Shown: positions 1-12,877, counted from the first letter of the stretch. The stretch: DNA of 64,000 nucleotides from Octopus vulgaris (GCA_951406725.2 OX597815.1:117924001-117988000), one strand, 5' to 3'. The notes: a model not told the origin generated them from the letters alone. Numbers and translations: made by a program.

Positions 1-20
1 GGAAAAGTAAGCAGTAATTA

Positions 21-327
21 CAGTAATCCCTCGACTATCGCGGGTGTTACGTTCCAAAATCCACCTCGTTAGGTGAAAATCCTCGAAGTAAAAACTGTAC
101 TCTCTTTACTCTTTTACTTTTTTACTTGTTTCAGTCATTTGACTGCGGCCATGCTGGAGCACCGCCTTTAATCGAGCAACACGACCCCGGGACTTATTCT
201 TTTGTAAACCCAGTACTTATAATATCGGTCTCTTTTGCCGAACCGCTAAGTAACGGGGACATAAACACACTAGCATCGGTTGTCAAGCAATGTTAGGGGG
301 ACAAACACAGACACACAAACACACACA

Positions 328-382
<55 letters not shown>

Positions 383-669
383 GACGGGCTTTCAGTTTCC
401 GTCTACCAAATCCACTCACAAGGCTTTGGTCGGCCCAAGGCTATAGTAGAAGAAACTTGCCCAAGGTGCCACGCAGTGGGACTGAACCCGGAACCATGTG
501 GTTAGTAAACAAGCTACTTACCACACAGCCACACCTGCATATTTTTTTTTTTTAATAATTTGTATATATTTGTTTTATTATAAATGCAAAACAACACCAC
601 GGAAGAATCGATGTAAGCTTAAATAATAAAACGCATTAGGTAAACCGCGATATGGTGAGGGATTACTTG
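21..669 (+). mobile_element. pogo/Tigger-like MITE interrupted by a SINE
   Basis: Imperfect TIRs CAGTAATCCCTCGACTATCGCGG (21-43) and CCGCGATATGGTGAGGGATTACTTG (ending ~669), TA at the 5' flank. An uninterrupted reverse copy lies at 19721-19927. Confidence 0.7.
116..539 (-). mobile_element. tRNA-derived SINE family A (octopus OK/OR-like) with internal (CA)/(TA) microsatellite
   Basis: Minus-strand head GCAGGTGTGGCTGTGTGGTAAG (A box) ... GGTTCAGTCCC (B box). Same body recurs at 19120, 23837, 37980, 41463 and 54935. Confidence 0.85.
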
Positions 670-1214
670 AAATATAAAAATATAAACTAAATAGAGGCAC
701 ACTAAGCAGCGATGATTAAAATAAAGCCGTATACTGTTATATAAGCACTTTTGTCCTTTTTTGTAGAAAAGTTTTCACTGGAGTAACTCTCCTTAAAGAC
801 AATGTAGTGAAAACACATTGAACTGGGTTATGAATGACATCATCGGATAATAGAACATGTGTTTCTGCGTCATTATGCATCATCAGCTTCAGACACCGAA
901 TCTATCATACATAGCCTACCTTCAACTAAAAATAAATTTAGTGTAGTGATGTGTGCAAATCTTGGTCAAGCTGGATCTAAATAATTAGAGGTACACCAAG
1001 CAGTGATTTTTAAAATTAAGCAGCGTAAAGTTATATCTAACCCAATCGTGTACACTCGCACGCTTTAAGAACTTCGCTGCTACGACTGCCTCGCCTGAGG
1101 AGGTTACCGCAGCGAATGCGCGTGAGAGCTCACTGTGCTGGCCTATGAGTAACGTCATCGAATTGTAGGATACATGTTTTTGTACTGGCGCACATTTTCC
1201 GATGTCTTTCAAAC

Positions 1215-1277
<63 letters not shown>

Positions 1278-1281
1278 GTAT

Positions 1282-1334
<53 letters not shown>

Positions 1335-1522
1335 TTAAAAAAATGGTAAGACAACAAAAGAATGAAAGTGACCTCGATATTATGTAAATAGAGGAATTTA
1401 TCTGTAAATGTAATATGTGACAATTATTCGGTGGCCATGATAAAACTCCGAGTTTGTGTGTATGTATATATATATATATATATATATATGATATATATAT
1501 ATATATATATGTGTGTGTGTAT

Positions 1523-1553
<31 letters not shown>

Positions 1554-1555
1554 AT

Positions 1556-1627
<72 letters not shown>

Positions 1628-2058
1628 GACGGACTTATTTCAGTTTCCGTCTACCAAATCACAAGGCTTTGGTCGGACCGAGACCATAATAGAAGACACT
1701 TGCTCAAGGTATCACGCTGAGGTGCGCGCACACATACACACACACACACACACATGCCATAATGAGCAACGTCATAAATTGAGTGTCAGATGAGTTCATC
1801 TCCATAATACATAAAATATTGAAGCTAAAAATTTAACTGTCTCTGTTAAGTGCCATTACAGTATGAAGTAATGTGATCTTTCATTGAGTTAGGGTTGTGA
1901 GATATATTATTTCATATGAATGAATGATAGGATATCTATACATCTATATCGACATACACACGGGCGTGCACATGTATACTCAGTTTTAGCAAAACAACTA
2001 CACTCTTACACTCTGCATTACGTTCATATGTGTATACGATATACATTTGTGTGTGTCC

Positions 2059-2126
<68 letters not shown>

Positions 2127-2250
2127 GTGTGCGTGTGCGCGTGTGTGTGTGTGCGTAAGTATAACTTCTCTGTACTAAAAGACCTTGCTCAAGTTGATAG
2201 AAAATATCAGTAATCCTTACAGAGCCTATTACCTTCTCATATAAATATAG

Positions 2251-2307
<57 letters not shown>

Positions 2308-2838
2308 AACACACGCACGCACGCACAAACACTCACTCACACACGCACATTCATACATACATACATACATACATACATACATACATACATACATGCATAC
2401 ATACATACATACATACATACGTTCAGTCGTATAAAAGAAAATGTTAGTGTATATGTCTGTGTACAATATAAATACAACGGTATAAATATACGATTATGTC
2501 AATAATGTTATTCATATATAATGTTTATGTTTGCTTATATGCCTGCGGACGGGAGCAATAACTCAAATTCCACACACCCAAACATACATCCCACCACATA
2601 CATACATTCGTATATTATTATTATTATTAACAGTAAAATAATAATACTCTATTGTAATCACGTGATAGTCAAATTACCAATTAGTATCATACTAGAAGTT
2701 GAGAACCAACTCCGATAATCAGAAATAGCTGAAAGGAATAGTGTGGTGTGTGGTCTTCGTCATACCCGTACGTACATATATACATGCATACATACATGCA
2801 TGCATACATATATGCATGCATGAATATACATGCATATA

Positions 2839-3215
2839 AAGGATGTAGTATACAGAGCCACCCTTACACCATCCGATGGCATCACTAGGCACTATACGGG
2901 TGTGACAGCTAATGACTTCAAGGCAAGATACTCCCAGCATATGCACTCATTCTGGTCCAGGGACAGAGAGAATCCTGCTTCCATGTCTCGTTTTATCTGG
3001 TGACTCCGTGATCTCCGAGATGAAATACCCCGTATCAATTGTACTATTGTCGATAGAGCCGACCATATTCACCCTGCGCCCCAACTGCCAGCTCTGCCTC
3101 CACGAAAAACTGCATATCCAACAACCCGCAGTATCCATCAATAAGAAATACGATTTATCGTATTGTTGTCACCAGAGATATGCCCTTCTGACAAATTTCA
3201 GGCCTCTGACTGCCG
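2839..3215 (+). pseudogene. Penelope-like element, GIY-YIG endonuclease C-terminal fragment (Neptune-like)
   Basis: Manual translation KDVVYRATL...RHYTGVTANDFKARYSQHMHSF...SMSRFIW*LRD, then in a shifted frame CQLCLHEKLHI...INKKYDLSYCCHQRYALL. This is the typical PLE GIY-YIG tail, with a stop and a frameshift. Confidence 0.8.
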
Positions 3216-3305
3216 ACATCTCGGATATGCCACCTTAGCATCAGCTACTACTCCGCATCGCCTGCACCAAGGTCACCGCTACTAACCCCATGAGCAGGAC
3301 CGCCA

Positions 3306-3385
3306 TTTACCAATCCCCAACGCTTACCAATCCCCAACGCTTACCAATTCCCAACGCTTACCAGTTCTCATCGCTTACCAGTCTG
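3306..3385 (+). repeat. ~17-bp minisatellite (TTACCAATCCCCAACGC, about 5 decaying units) in the PLE 3' region
   Basis: Direct tandem units are visible in the sequence. Confidence 0.8.
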
Positions 3386-3529
3386 CAACTCTTGTTTTGC
3401 GCGTGCATACTCGCGCCCGCGCTCGTGTGAGCGCACATATGTTCGCCCATGTACAGATGCACACACTCGCATCAATATACACATAAAACTGGCTGCAACT
3501 GATAATGGACACAGAATAACACGGTCTGC

Positions 3530-5150
3530 TAACGTGAAACAGAAGTTATAGGAGAGGGCGTGCAGAAAGAAGGAGGAACGGGGTGATGGAGAGAGTAGAG
3601 ATAAGTGAATACGGGAATGTTGCAGAGAGAGGGTAAAAGGAGGATTAAAAAGGGTAAAAAGGAATTAAGAGGAGGTGAAAGGATGAAACATAGTGACAAG
3701 ATTAAATATGAGACGTTATCCATTCGTTTCCAAGAGAAGGAGGGTCCGTGATGCAAGGTCATGCCACACACTGTTAAATCTATAATACAATGATTCACAG
3801 TGATGAAGTGAGTGGCGACAGGTTGGTCTGGCATACGGAGCATCATGCTTCTGATGTGTTCGAAAAAGCGATCCCCAAGGCATCTCCCTGTTTCTCCAAT
3901 GTAAAGAGCACCGTAGAGTTTGCATATGATGCGCTATATGAGATTCGCAGAGATGTAACAGAAGTGGTGTGTTATGTGATATCGCTTCTTGGGCCCCTTG
4001 ATGGTAACAATATTGTTGATGTAGGGGCATGTGTTACAACATCGGAGGTAATATTTAAAAGTTCCTTATTGTGTGGAGTTGCGAGCTGTGAAGCTTCTAA
4101 CAAGGAGATTTCTAAGACTCCTGCGTTTTTTAATAGACAGAAGAAGCGGTGTGGGGCGGTTGTTGGGTCCGAAAGAAGAATGTGAAAGTTGTGGGTGAGC
4201 TTGTATTTTAGAGGGATGGATGGTAGGTGAGAGAGAGAGAGTGGAATACGGTCAGTGGAAGTGCGCGAAGATGGTGGAAGAGCTGTGGCTCGGTGGAGGG
4301 CTCAGGCTCGGTGGAGTACCTGGTCGACAACTGATGGAGGATACCCTCGATTTAGAAAAAAAACTGTTGCATAATTTTGCAATGGGATTCTAAATTCGAA
4401 TCGTTGCTGCAAAGACGTCGATGGCGAAGAAATTGAGAGAAAGGTATGGCAGATTTAATGTGTTTGGGATGAGAGGAAGAGTAGTGGAGATAAGAGTGGG
4501 AGCCATTAGGTTTATAGTAGACAGAGGTGGGTATTATGTATTTTGAGGGAGATGTCCAGAAACCAAACAGAAGTATCAGATATGGTGTGGGTGAGTTCCA
4601 AGGCTGGGCGAAAAGTGTTAACGAAAGAAATAAAATCGTTGAGCTGTTGTCTGTTAAGGCTTGTGGCACTAATGCAGTCATCAATGTAACGACCATAAAG
4701 CTCTGGATTGGATCCAGAGAAGTGAGCAAAGATTTCCTCCTCTACATAACCTACAAAGAGATTGGCATAATTGGGGCCCATCCTGGTGCCCACAGCAACA
4801 CCGATGATTTGCTTATAGAATTCACCAGAGAAAGAAAGACAATTAAGTGTTTGGACGAGCTCAGCTTGGCAGATGAATGCATTAGTGCTGGGTTCAGGTA
4901 CAGAACGACGGTCTAAGTGTTTAAGAGCTAGTCGACTGTCATTATGAGGGATAACTGTGTACAAAGATGTAATGTCCATGGTGAAAAGGAGTTTGGATTC
5001 ACCAGGTGGAAAAGAGAATGCGATGGTAGAGCAGCGACGAGACGGGAAAACATTTTGTAGAGGTAGAATGATAAAAGTTCTGCGGGGTAATTGCAAGCAG
5101 AGACAATAGAGTGGCCGGGATGATCTAGTTTATGTATTTTAGGAACGTGA
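3530..5150 (-). mobile_element. Penelope-like retroelement (Poseidon-like), decayed RT plus GIY-YIG
   Basis: ORF 4512-5096 has LFTMDITSLYTVIP...YKQIIGVAVGTRMGPNYANLF...RYIDD. The 4352-4729 frame has TSVYYKPNGSHSYLHYSSSHPKH. Near 3850-3990 the minus strand reads ANLI*RIICKLYGALYIGETGRCLGDRFFEH, followed by PVATHF. Several frameshifts. Confidence 0.92.
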
Positions 5151-5371
5151 CTGTCTGGTGTGTGTGTGTATAAAGCTGTCTAAGAATCCATAAGTCCGAA
5201 TAAATACGCATTCGTATATTTGTCAATAGAGTGTTATCTCTGAAAAGTGTAGGGTTACACAATCGGTAACAACCCGATTATGCAACCTAACACTCCTTTG
5301 AACTCCCTAGTGCGGAACCGATTGGTAAAATCGGTTGTAATGGATATATAATACTGTACCCTTCGATTAAT

Positions 5372-5413
<42 letters not shown>

Positions 5414-6666
5414 GTACATATATATATATCTATATATATATCTACATGTATGCACGCGAACGCGTGTCCTACAAGCGTGATAGCCGGTTCCGCATAAGAG
5501 ACCAAAAGAATAATTACCAGGGTTTAAAAAAATAATTAGTACAATGGTCGATTCATTCGACATGACCCCTCCGAGGCGGGGCCCCAGCATGGTCGCACTC
5601 CAATGCACTAAAACAACTAAAATATAAAAAATAAACAATATGTTATTGTCAAGAGTTTGCCTTTCCTTAATTAGAACACATATTCAATCAAGAAGTGCTA
5701 AATATATACTAATACTTATGTTATAAAAGAGATTTCTAGGGAGTTAATATCTCTATATAGATATTATATTGTTACAAAGGAGTGGGAAAATACTGCAGAA
5801 TATAAGTATCTAAAAGAGGAAAACACTTTTGTCAGTTTCATACACATCTTCACGTGATGAATGAATCTAGAGAAATAGAAAAAATAAAAATAACTCAGGA
5901 AGTACCGTTTGAGTACGAAATGTCGTCAACGCTTACTCAGGCAAAAATATAAATATACATTATTTCATTTAATAGAAAAAAATTAATGACTTGCATTTTA
6001 TATATTTTTTACTCTTTATCGTTTACTTGTTACAGTCATTGTACTGTGGCCATGCTCGGGCACCGCTTTGAAAGGTTTAGTTGAACAATTCGATCCCTGC
6101 ATTTTGTTTACCCTGGGTCAACTTGATATCCATATTTTATCCAAGCACCCCAAGGACCCAACATTCAGACAAATACAAGAGTACATCCTCATAAATGAAA
6201 CATCCCCAGTACTAAGTAGGAAATATACGTAATAGATAATCACACCCCCATACCCACAGTTTATATTTATACACAGGTAGAATAGTTAGTGGGCTGTTAT
6301 GTAAATAGATGTGTGTGTTTGTAAGTGTATGTGTATATGTATATACACATGTGTGTAGGCATATGGATATGAAAGTAAACAGATAGACATACAGACGGAT
6401 AGGTACATAGGTTATATGAACAAACAAGCACTTTTAACATACACATATACAAATGAAGACTGAAACACATGACCATACACACACACACTTCACTTCATAC
6501 AAGGACATATGGAGACACACGTCCACATATGTGGAGACTCACATCTATACATACAGACACAGTACATAGTCACAAAATCTCATACATGCACATACACACA
6601 GACACACTCAGACATGCACATACAAGGAGACAGATGTACACATAAACACACACACACACATACACA

Positions 6667-6698
<32 letters not shown>

Positions 6699-6789
6699 TA
6701 CACACACACACATAAAAACTCACAAACACGAACACACAAGCAAAGAAACACATGAATATGTAGAATACATACATACAAACGTACATACA

Positions 6790-6821
<32 letters not shown>

Positions 6822-7370
6822 CATACGCACGCACACACATACGTACATGCATACACACAATTACATGCATGCATGCATGCATACATACATACATACATAC
6901 ATACATACATACATACATACATACATACATACATACATACATACATGTGTATGCGCACACAAACTGACCCACACACATGCGCACAATCAAACAAAAAGAA
7001 CGCAACTTGAATAACGGACAGAGTCGACAACCATTGAAAAGGTTGCAAGACGCAACGTAGATTTTAGAAAAATAAAGAAGGAAATGAGTGGAAATTTTAT
7101 CGGTGTGTGTGTTAAATTATAAGGCGCTAAAAGAAATTATAAGAAGCAGGGCAAAACACTCCCCAAACGTAACAGAATATGCTTCAACTCACGAACTCAC
7201 ATAAAGAATCTTGCAAACCGAATCCCAAAACGAAATATTTACAATACACTATAAAAGAAATATTTATTTACAAGGAATTGGGTGTAGAATTCAAGAAATG
7301 GCTATCATTTTGATGTTAAACAGCCATTTTGATGTTAAGCAGCCGATGTTAAACAACTGTATATAATTAC

Positions 7371-7431
<61 letters not shown>

Positions 7432-7645
7432 AGGATATTATAGTTTTTAATTTACAATAATATCAGTGGCTAGAATGCGTAAAAACCGTAAAGGCAAAAC
7501 TTATTAACTGATAGTACCAGCATGCTGAAAATAACAGTCAAAACGACTTATGAACCATAGTTCCCACTTGTACACAATGGTGAAATCGGGGAAACGAGTC
7601 AAAGAATTTTAAAACTCCGAATCATTGACGAAAAGAATCGAAAAT

Positions 7646-7770
7646 GAAAATCAGACATACCCATATCACGGTGATTTCTAACGTTGTGAATTATCAGGAC
7701 TCACTGATGAGGTACTAAGTGATAATTCACAAAGTTCCAAATCACTGCGATATGGGTATGTCTGATTTTC
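7646..7770. repeat. Foldback palindrome (51-bp arms, 23-nt loop) containing a hammerhead-like motif
   Basis: Arms 7646-7696 and 7720-7770 are reverse complements with 5 mismatches. CTGATGA lies in the loop. Confidence 0.9.
7699..7757 (+). ncRNA. Type-I hammerhead-ribozyme-like motif (G of GAAA lost in this arm)
   Basis: ACTCA-CTGATGA-[GGTACT AA GTGA TAAT TCAC AA AGTTCC]-AAA-TCACTGCGA-TA-TGGGT. The inverted arm retains GAAATCACCGTGATATGGGT. Confidence 0.6.
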
Positions 7771-8339
7771 CAGAGGTTTATCATTTAAGTGTATATGTGC
7801 ATGTCAAGACATGCAACTATATGCATGAGAAGACACACATAAAACAATGCAAACAAATCTGCACGTATACATACATACATACATACATATATACATGCAT
7901 AGACATACATACATACATACTTGTATACACATATATACATACTTACACATATATACACACACATACATGCTTACATGCATACATACATACATACATACTT
8001 ACATGCATACATACATACATACATACACATACATATATACATGCATAGACATACATACATACATACATACTTGCACACACATATATACATACATACACAT
8101 ATATACACACACATACATGCATACATGCATACATACATACATACATACATACATACATACATACATACATACATACATACATACATACATACATACATAC
8201 ATGCATGCATTCTCATACTTACATACACTCACATACATACATACATACATACATACATACATACATACATACATACATACATACATACATACATACATAC
8301 ATACATACAAACAAACAAACAAACAAAAATATCCTGTTG

Positions 8340-8620
8340 TTGATGTTGAAATTCCAATGAAAGAGCCTTAGATGTAGGTTAGAAACCGGCTCTTTCTTTA
8401 TTGGCAAGAAATCTTGAGAGAAAGCTGAACAATGACATACATACATACATACATACATACATACATACATACATACATACATACATACATACATACATAC
8501 ATACATACATACATACATACAAAAATACACTCTTGATATTTAAATGTCAATGAAGAGCCCTTTGATCTAGGTTAGAAACCGGCTCTTTCTCTATTGGCAA
8601 GAAATCTTGAAATAAAATTG
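8340..8620 (+). repeat. Two copies of an ~85-bp dispersed repeat separated by (TACA)n
   Basis: GATGTTGAAATTCCAATGAAAGAGCC...AGGTTAGAAACCGGCTCTTTC...GGCAAGAAATCTTGA at ~8342 and ~8535. A partial reverse copy lies at ~39620-39670. Confidence 0.75.
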
Positions 8621-8824
8621 AATACTAACATACATACCTTTTTAGCTATAGAACTTGAAATTGAACTTATTTACGTATATACGTTACAAAAGAAGTTTCC
8701 ATGGAGTTCTGAAAGAAAAAAAAAGAGAAGATATATATCGACATAAATATATGTACGAGGGGGTGTATGAAAGTCTTGAGTCTCAAAAAATAAAGAAAGA
8801 GAAGAAAAGAAAAAAACATGGTAT

Positions 8825-9215
8825 AATACTGGGGTCGATGAAATCGACTAGTCCCCTCCCCAACAATTTTAGGCCTTGTGTCTATTGTAGAAAGGATTAT
8901 TACTGTTGTTGTTGTTACTGCTGCCGCTGTTACTGTTGTTATTTGCAATTCCATAAATTCGGTCAAAATGAAGTGGTCTGTATGAAACTGAGCAAAATGC
9001 CATGCTTTTCCGACTCTGATGTATCCAAAATTTCCCCACTCTCCAGCATCGTATAATGTCATGACGTAAAACTATTTCATGGCATAATTCTATGAATTTG
9101 GTGAAATTTACGTCCTCAGCAGTAACAACAACAACAGTAATAATCCTTTCTACAATAGACACAAGGTCTGAAATTGTTGGGGAGGGGACTAGTCGATTTC
9201 ATCGACCCCAGTATT
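8825..9215. repeat. 99-bp inverted duplication (SINE tail plus flank) around a ~193-bp spacer
   Basis: 8825-8923 is the reverse complement of 9117-9215 with 2 mismatches. Confidence 0.9.
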
Positions 9216-9355
9216 TTACTGGTACTTAATTTATCGGCCCCAAAAGGATGAAAGGCAATGTCGACCTCGGCGGAATTTGAACTCAGAACGTAACGATGGG
9301 CGAAATACTGCTAGGCCTTTCGTCCAGGGTGCTAACAATTCTACTAGCAAGCTAC
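9140..9355 (-). mobile_element. SINE family B copy
   Basis: Reverse-complement homology to 9388-9620. Confidence 0.75.
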
Positions 9356-9387
9356 CTTTGCAACAACAGTAGTAATAATAATAACAA

Positions 9388-9620
9388 GGCGGCGAGTTGG
9401 CAGAAACGTTAGAACGCCGGGCGAAATGCTTAGCGGTATTTCGTCTGCCGCTACATTCTGAGTTCAAATTCCGCCGAGGTCGACTTTGCCTTTCATCCTT
9501 TCGGGGTCGATAAATTAAGTACCAGTTACGCACTGGGATCGAAATAATCGACTTAATACCTTTGTCTGTCCTTGTTTGTCCCCTCTATGTTTAGCCCCTT
9601 GCGGGCAATAAAGAAATAAG
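9388..9620 (+). mobile_element. tRNA-derived SINE family B with Meta-SINE-like central domain
   Basis: Head GGCGGCGAGTTGGCAGAAACGTTAG, B box GAGTTCAAATTCC, core GCCTTTCATCCTTTCGGGGTCGATAAATTAAGTACCAG; flanked by (AAT)n. Confidence 0.8.
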
Positions 9621-9629
9621 TAATAATAA

Positions 9630-9836
9630 TAGTTTCAAATTTTGACACAAGATCATCAAGTTCGGGTGATGGGGTAAGTCGATTACATCGACCTCTAGCT
9701 CTGAACTGGTACTTATTTTATCGACCCGAAAAGATAAGAGGCAAAGTCGACCTCGGCAGCATTTGAACGTAAAGACGGACGAAATGCCGCTAAGCATTTT
9801 GCTTGTCGCGGTAACGATTGTGCCAGCTCGCCATCT
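9630..9836 (-). mobile_element. SINE family B copy
   Basis: Reverse-complement homology to 9388-9620. Confidence 0.7.
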
Positions 9837-9863
9837 TAACAATAATAATAATGATAACAAAAA

Positions 9864-10388
9864 TGCCTTGACAATGGCTCTCATGGTTTCTAATCTTAAC
9901 TGATTGGAAGTGTTAACACGCACGTTTTGTTTTGGTGTAAAAGCGAGTATTTTGCTTAGTACAACTGATTAGCTTGTCACTTGCTCGACCGTAACCGGTT
10001 GAACATGTCCCTTAGTAGCTGACGATATGCGCATCTCTGATCACGAGGTGGAATAGTGGGGGAGTACCATAGCCATATGTTGAGGGGAATTCTTTGGTGT
10101 TGAATAATTCACATGTGGAAACATGGGTGGTTCGTTCATTATCCTTAAACAACACTTATGCAGGGACCTTTTGATCGGGCTGTACTACTCAACCTGAAGG
10201 AAATTCTAACTGGCCATCTGCAAGGTCATGCGCTGTTTATCTTGATAGGAGTTCACCATGTCGCGCAGATATGGTTGTGATGCATGTCCTGGTGTACTTT
10301 TAAAGACTGGTAGTTATGATGGGTATATTTGGCTTCGTATATTTAAACCCCAGCGTCACTTTGATGGCGTGCGCTATTTTCTCACTCA
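9864..10388 (+). mobile_element. ~530-bp non-coding interspersed repeat in (AAT)n (older copy)
   Basis: Colinear with 45633-46184 and ends CTCACTC(AAT)n. Confidence 0.8.
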
Positions 10389-11324
10389 ATAATAATTGAG
10401 AGAATGTCATCTGTGTTGGTAATATAGCCAGTGATTAACCAGACTAGAAGTATAATTATGTAATGCACAACAAATTAAACTCTTTACAACGCACAACAAA
10501 AATATTTAATGTAGGGAATTCACTACGTAATTCTATAACTTCAATTAAATAACCTCCATGCTGGGGATAATTACTGCACTCTTCAAGTTCAAAATATATA
10601 CTGTAACGTGTAATGTTATTAATCACATGCTTCATAAGTTCAGTTCCATGACATAAAGTATAGTTGAAATGGAGAGAGAAAGGTTAAGCTTGACTCTGTT
10701 AAGTGCCATCACAAAATGAATGTGTGTTCATGTGCTTGATAAAATGTTTGATAAAAGTGTTTGCCTGTAATGATTAAGCTAATTGTAAGTGGCGTTGTTT
10801 TTCATGCGGATGTGTTATAAAATTGAACTATTGATTAGATTGGACTATTGCGTAGATGTTCCTGCGCTTGTGTAAAACGAAATTATGTGAATCGTGTTAT
10901 AATAGTGTTTATGTTGGGTTACACGCGTTTGTACGGGTAAAATCCACTCGCCTTTTTATATTCCGATAAGTACATGCATACCTATGAAAATATATAAGTG
11001 CGCATGTATGTGCACACACACACACACACACACACACGCACGCACACACATGCACGCACACACACACGTATGTTTGTTTCTATGTATATGCTGTGTATAC
11101 AGTTTACAATTCCGTTATAGGTAGGATCAATAAAAAAGTATTCCGTCTAGTGAAAGGTAAATAATTAGTATACACAATTTACAAAAGAGCTACAGATAGT
11201 TTAATGCTTTAGAGACACAGCAAATTGCCTATTCAATAAATTGTGTTTGTGTGTGTGTATATATATATATATATACACACACACACATATTTTGTGTGCG
11301 TGCGCGCGTTTGCGTGTATTTGAG

Positions 11325-11391
<67 letters not shown>

Positions 11392-11648
11392 TTAGAAGCT
11401 TACTTTCAAAACCGCTATAAGTGTATATTTGGTCGAATTTATGATCATTAAAACACAATCTGTAAGCTGCTGGCTTCAAGCACGTTAAAATGTTTTTCAG
11501 TCAAACTGGAATAGATGCCATATAGACAGGAGGCGAATCATAGTCTTCCAATCAAAATCAGATATATTCAAGTTGTTTTAAACAATTACTCAAAAGTCCT
11601 TCCAATGCATACATCTGGTTTTGAAAGAAGCTCTTCATTATATATATA

Positions 11649-12877
11649 CAGGGGTTGGACAAAATAAGTGAAACAGTAGAAATTTAACTCCAACATTTCA
11701 ATGAGCCATCCAAATTTCATTGCGAGTGTTTGTTTTCTATTATAGATGGTTTTATTTATCTAATTTGATGATTATTTCTATCCCTTTTTCAGATCGTGCT
11801 ATAAATTAAGCTAAGACGCGTGACCTCACTAAGTTCGAAAAAGGACAAATTGTTGGAGCTCGAATGGCAGGAGCTTCTGTCACCAGATCAGCTGAACTCC
11901 TTGGTTTTTCGAGAGCTATCATATCAATGACCATGACTGAATTTGAGAAGCAGGGCAAAACCTCCAGCAGGAGGAGTAAGTCCAGCAGGACTTCGAAGCT
12001 CACTGAAAGAGACTGGTGAGTGTTGAATTGCATTGTGATGAAAAAATCACCGGACAACTGCCCCTAAATTGACTACATTCTAGTTTCGACCAAAACTCTT
12101 CACCGTGAGCTCAATAATACAGGATATCATGGAAGGGCCGCCATCAGGAAATCTCTGTTCTCTCATCAAACATACAGAAAAGGCTGAACTGGTGTAGAGA
12201 TCACAAGGGCTGGTCGACAGACCAATGGAAGCAAGTAATATTATCCGATGAGTCCAGTTTTTCTCTTTTCCCATCTGCTGGGTGAGTTTATGACTGGAGG
12301 CAACCTGAAGAAGCTTTTAATCCTGACTGCCTTCTTCCTACAGCGAAGTATGGAGGAGGTTCTGTGATGGTTTGGGCAGCCATTTCTTGGAATTCTTTTG
12401 GTCTAATCGTTGCCCGGCATGGTGAAATCAATAGCAATGATTATCTGAATATTTTGGAAAATCAAGTCCTTCCTATGATTCAGACATTATTCCCTGACGG
12501 TGAGTGCAACTTTCAAGATGACACTGCTCCAATACACACCTCTCATGTGGTTAAGAATTGGTATGAAGAGCATAGTAGTCAGTTACAACATATGGAGTGG
12601 TTTCCTCAATCTTCAGATATCAATATTACTGAGCATCTGTGGTGCCTCTTGGAGCAACAAGTTAGAAGTCGTTACTCTCCACCATCATGTCTGTAACACA
12701 TGGAGCAGGTTTTGCTGGAAGAATGGCACGATATTCTTCTCAATGAAGTCAGGAAGCTGTATGAATCAATTCTTAGATGCATCGAAGCTATTCAGAAAGC
12801 TAAAGGAGAACCAACTTCATATTAAATAAATATTTATTGAATTTAACACGTGCTCCGATAATTTTGTCTACCCCCTG
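11649..12877 (+). mobile_element. Full-length Tc1-family DNA transposon, DD36E spacing (Incomer-like)
   Basis: TA-CAGGGGTTGGACAAAATAA ... ATAATTTTGTCTACCCCCTG-TA (TIRs and TA TSD); 1229 bp. Confidence 0.92.
11810..12825 (+). pseudogene. Tc1-like transposase pseudogene
   Basis: AKTRDLTKFEKGQIVGARMAGASV (HTH), WKQVILSDESSF (D1), FQDDTAPIH (D2), WFPQSSDINITEHLW (E). Internal stops and a frameshift. Confidence 0.9.

Noticed and set aside
3306-3385. Short regularly spaced repeats (CRISPR-like)
   Set aside because: No spacers; a simple eukaryotic minisatellite.
11396-11635. ~18-bp inverted repeat just upstream of the Tc1 element
   Set aside because: Short, imperfect, and without a TSD, second copy or ribozyme core.
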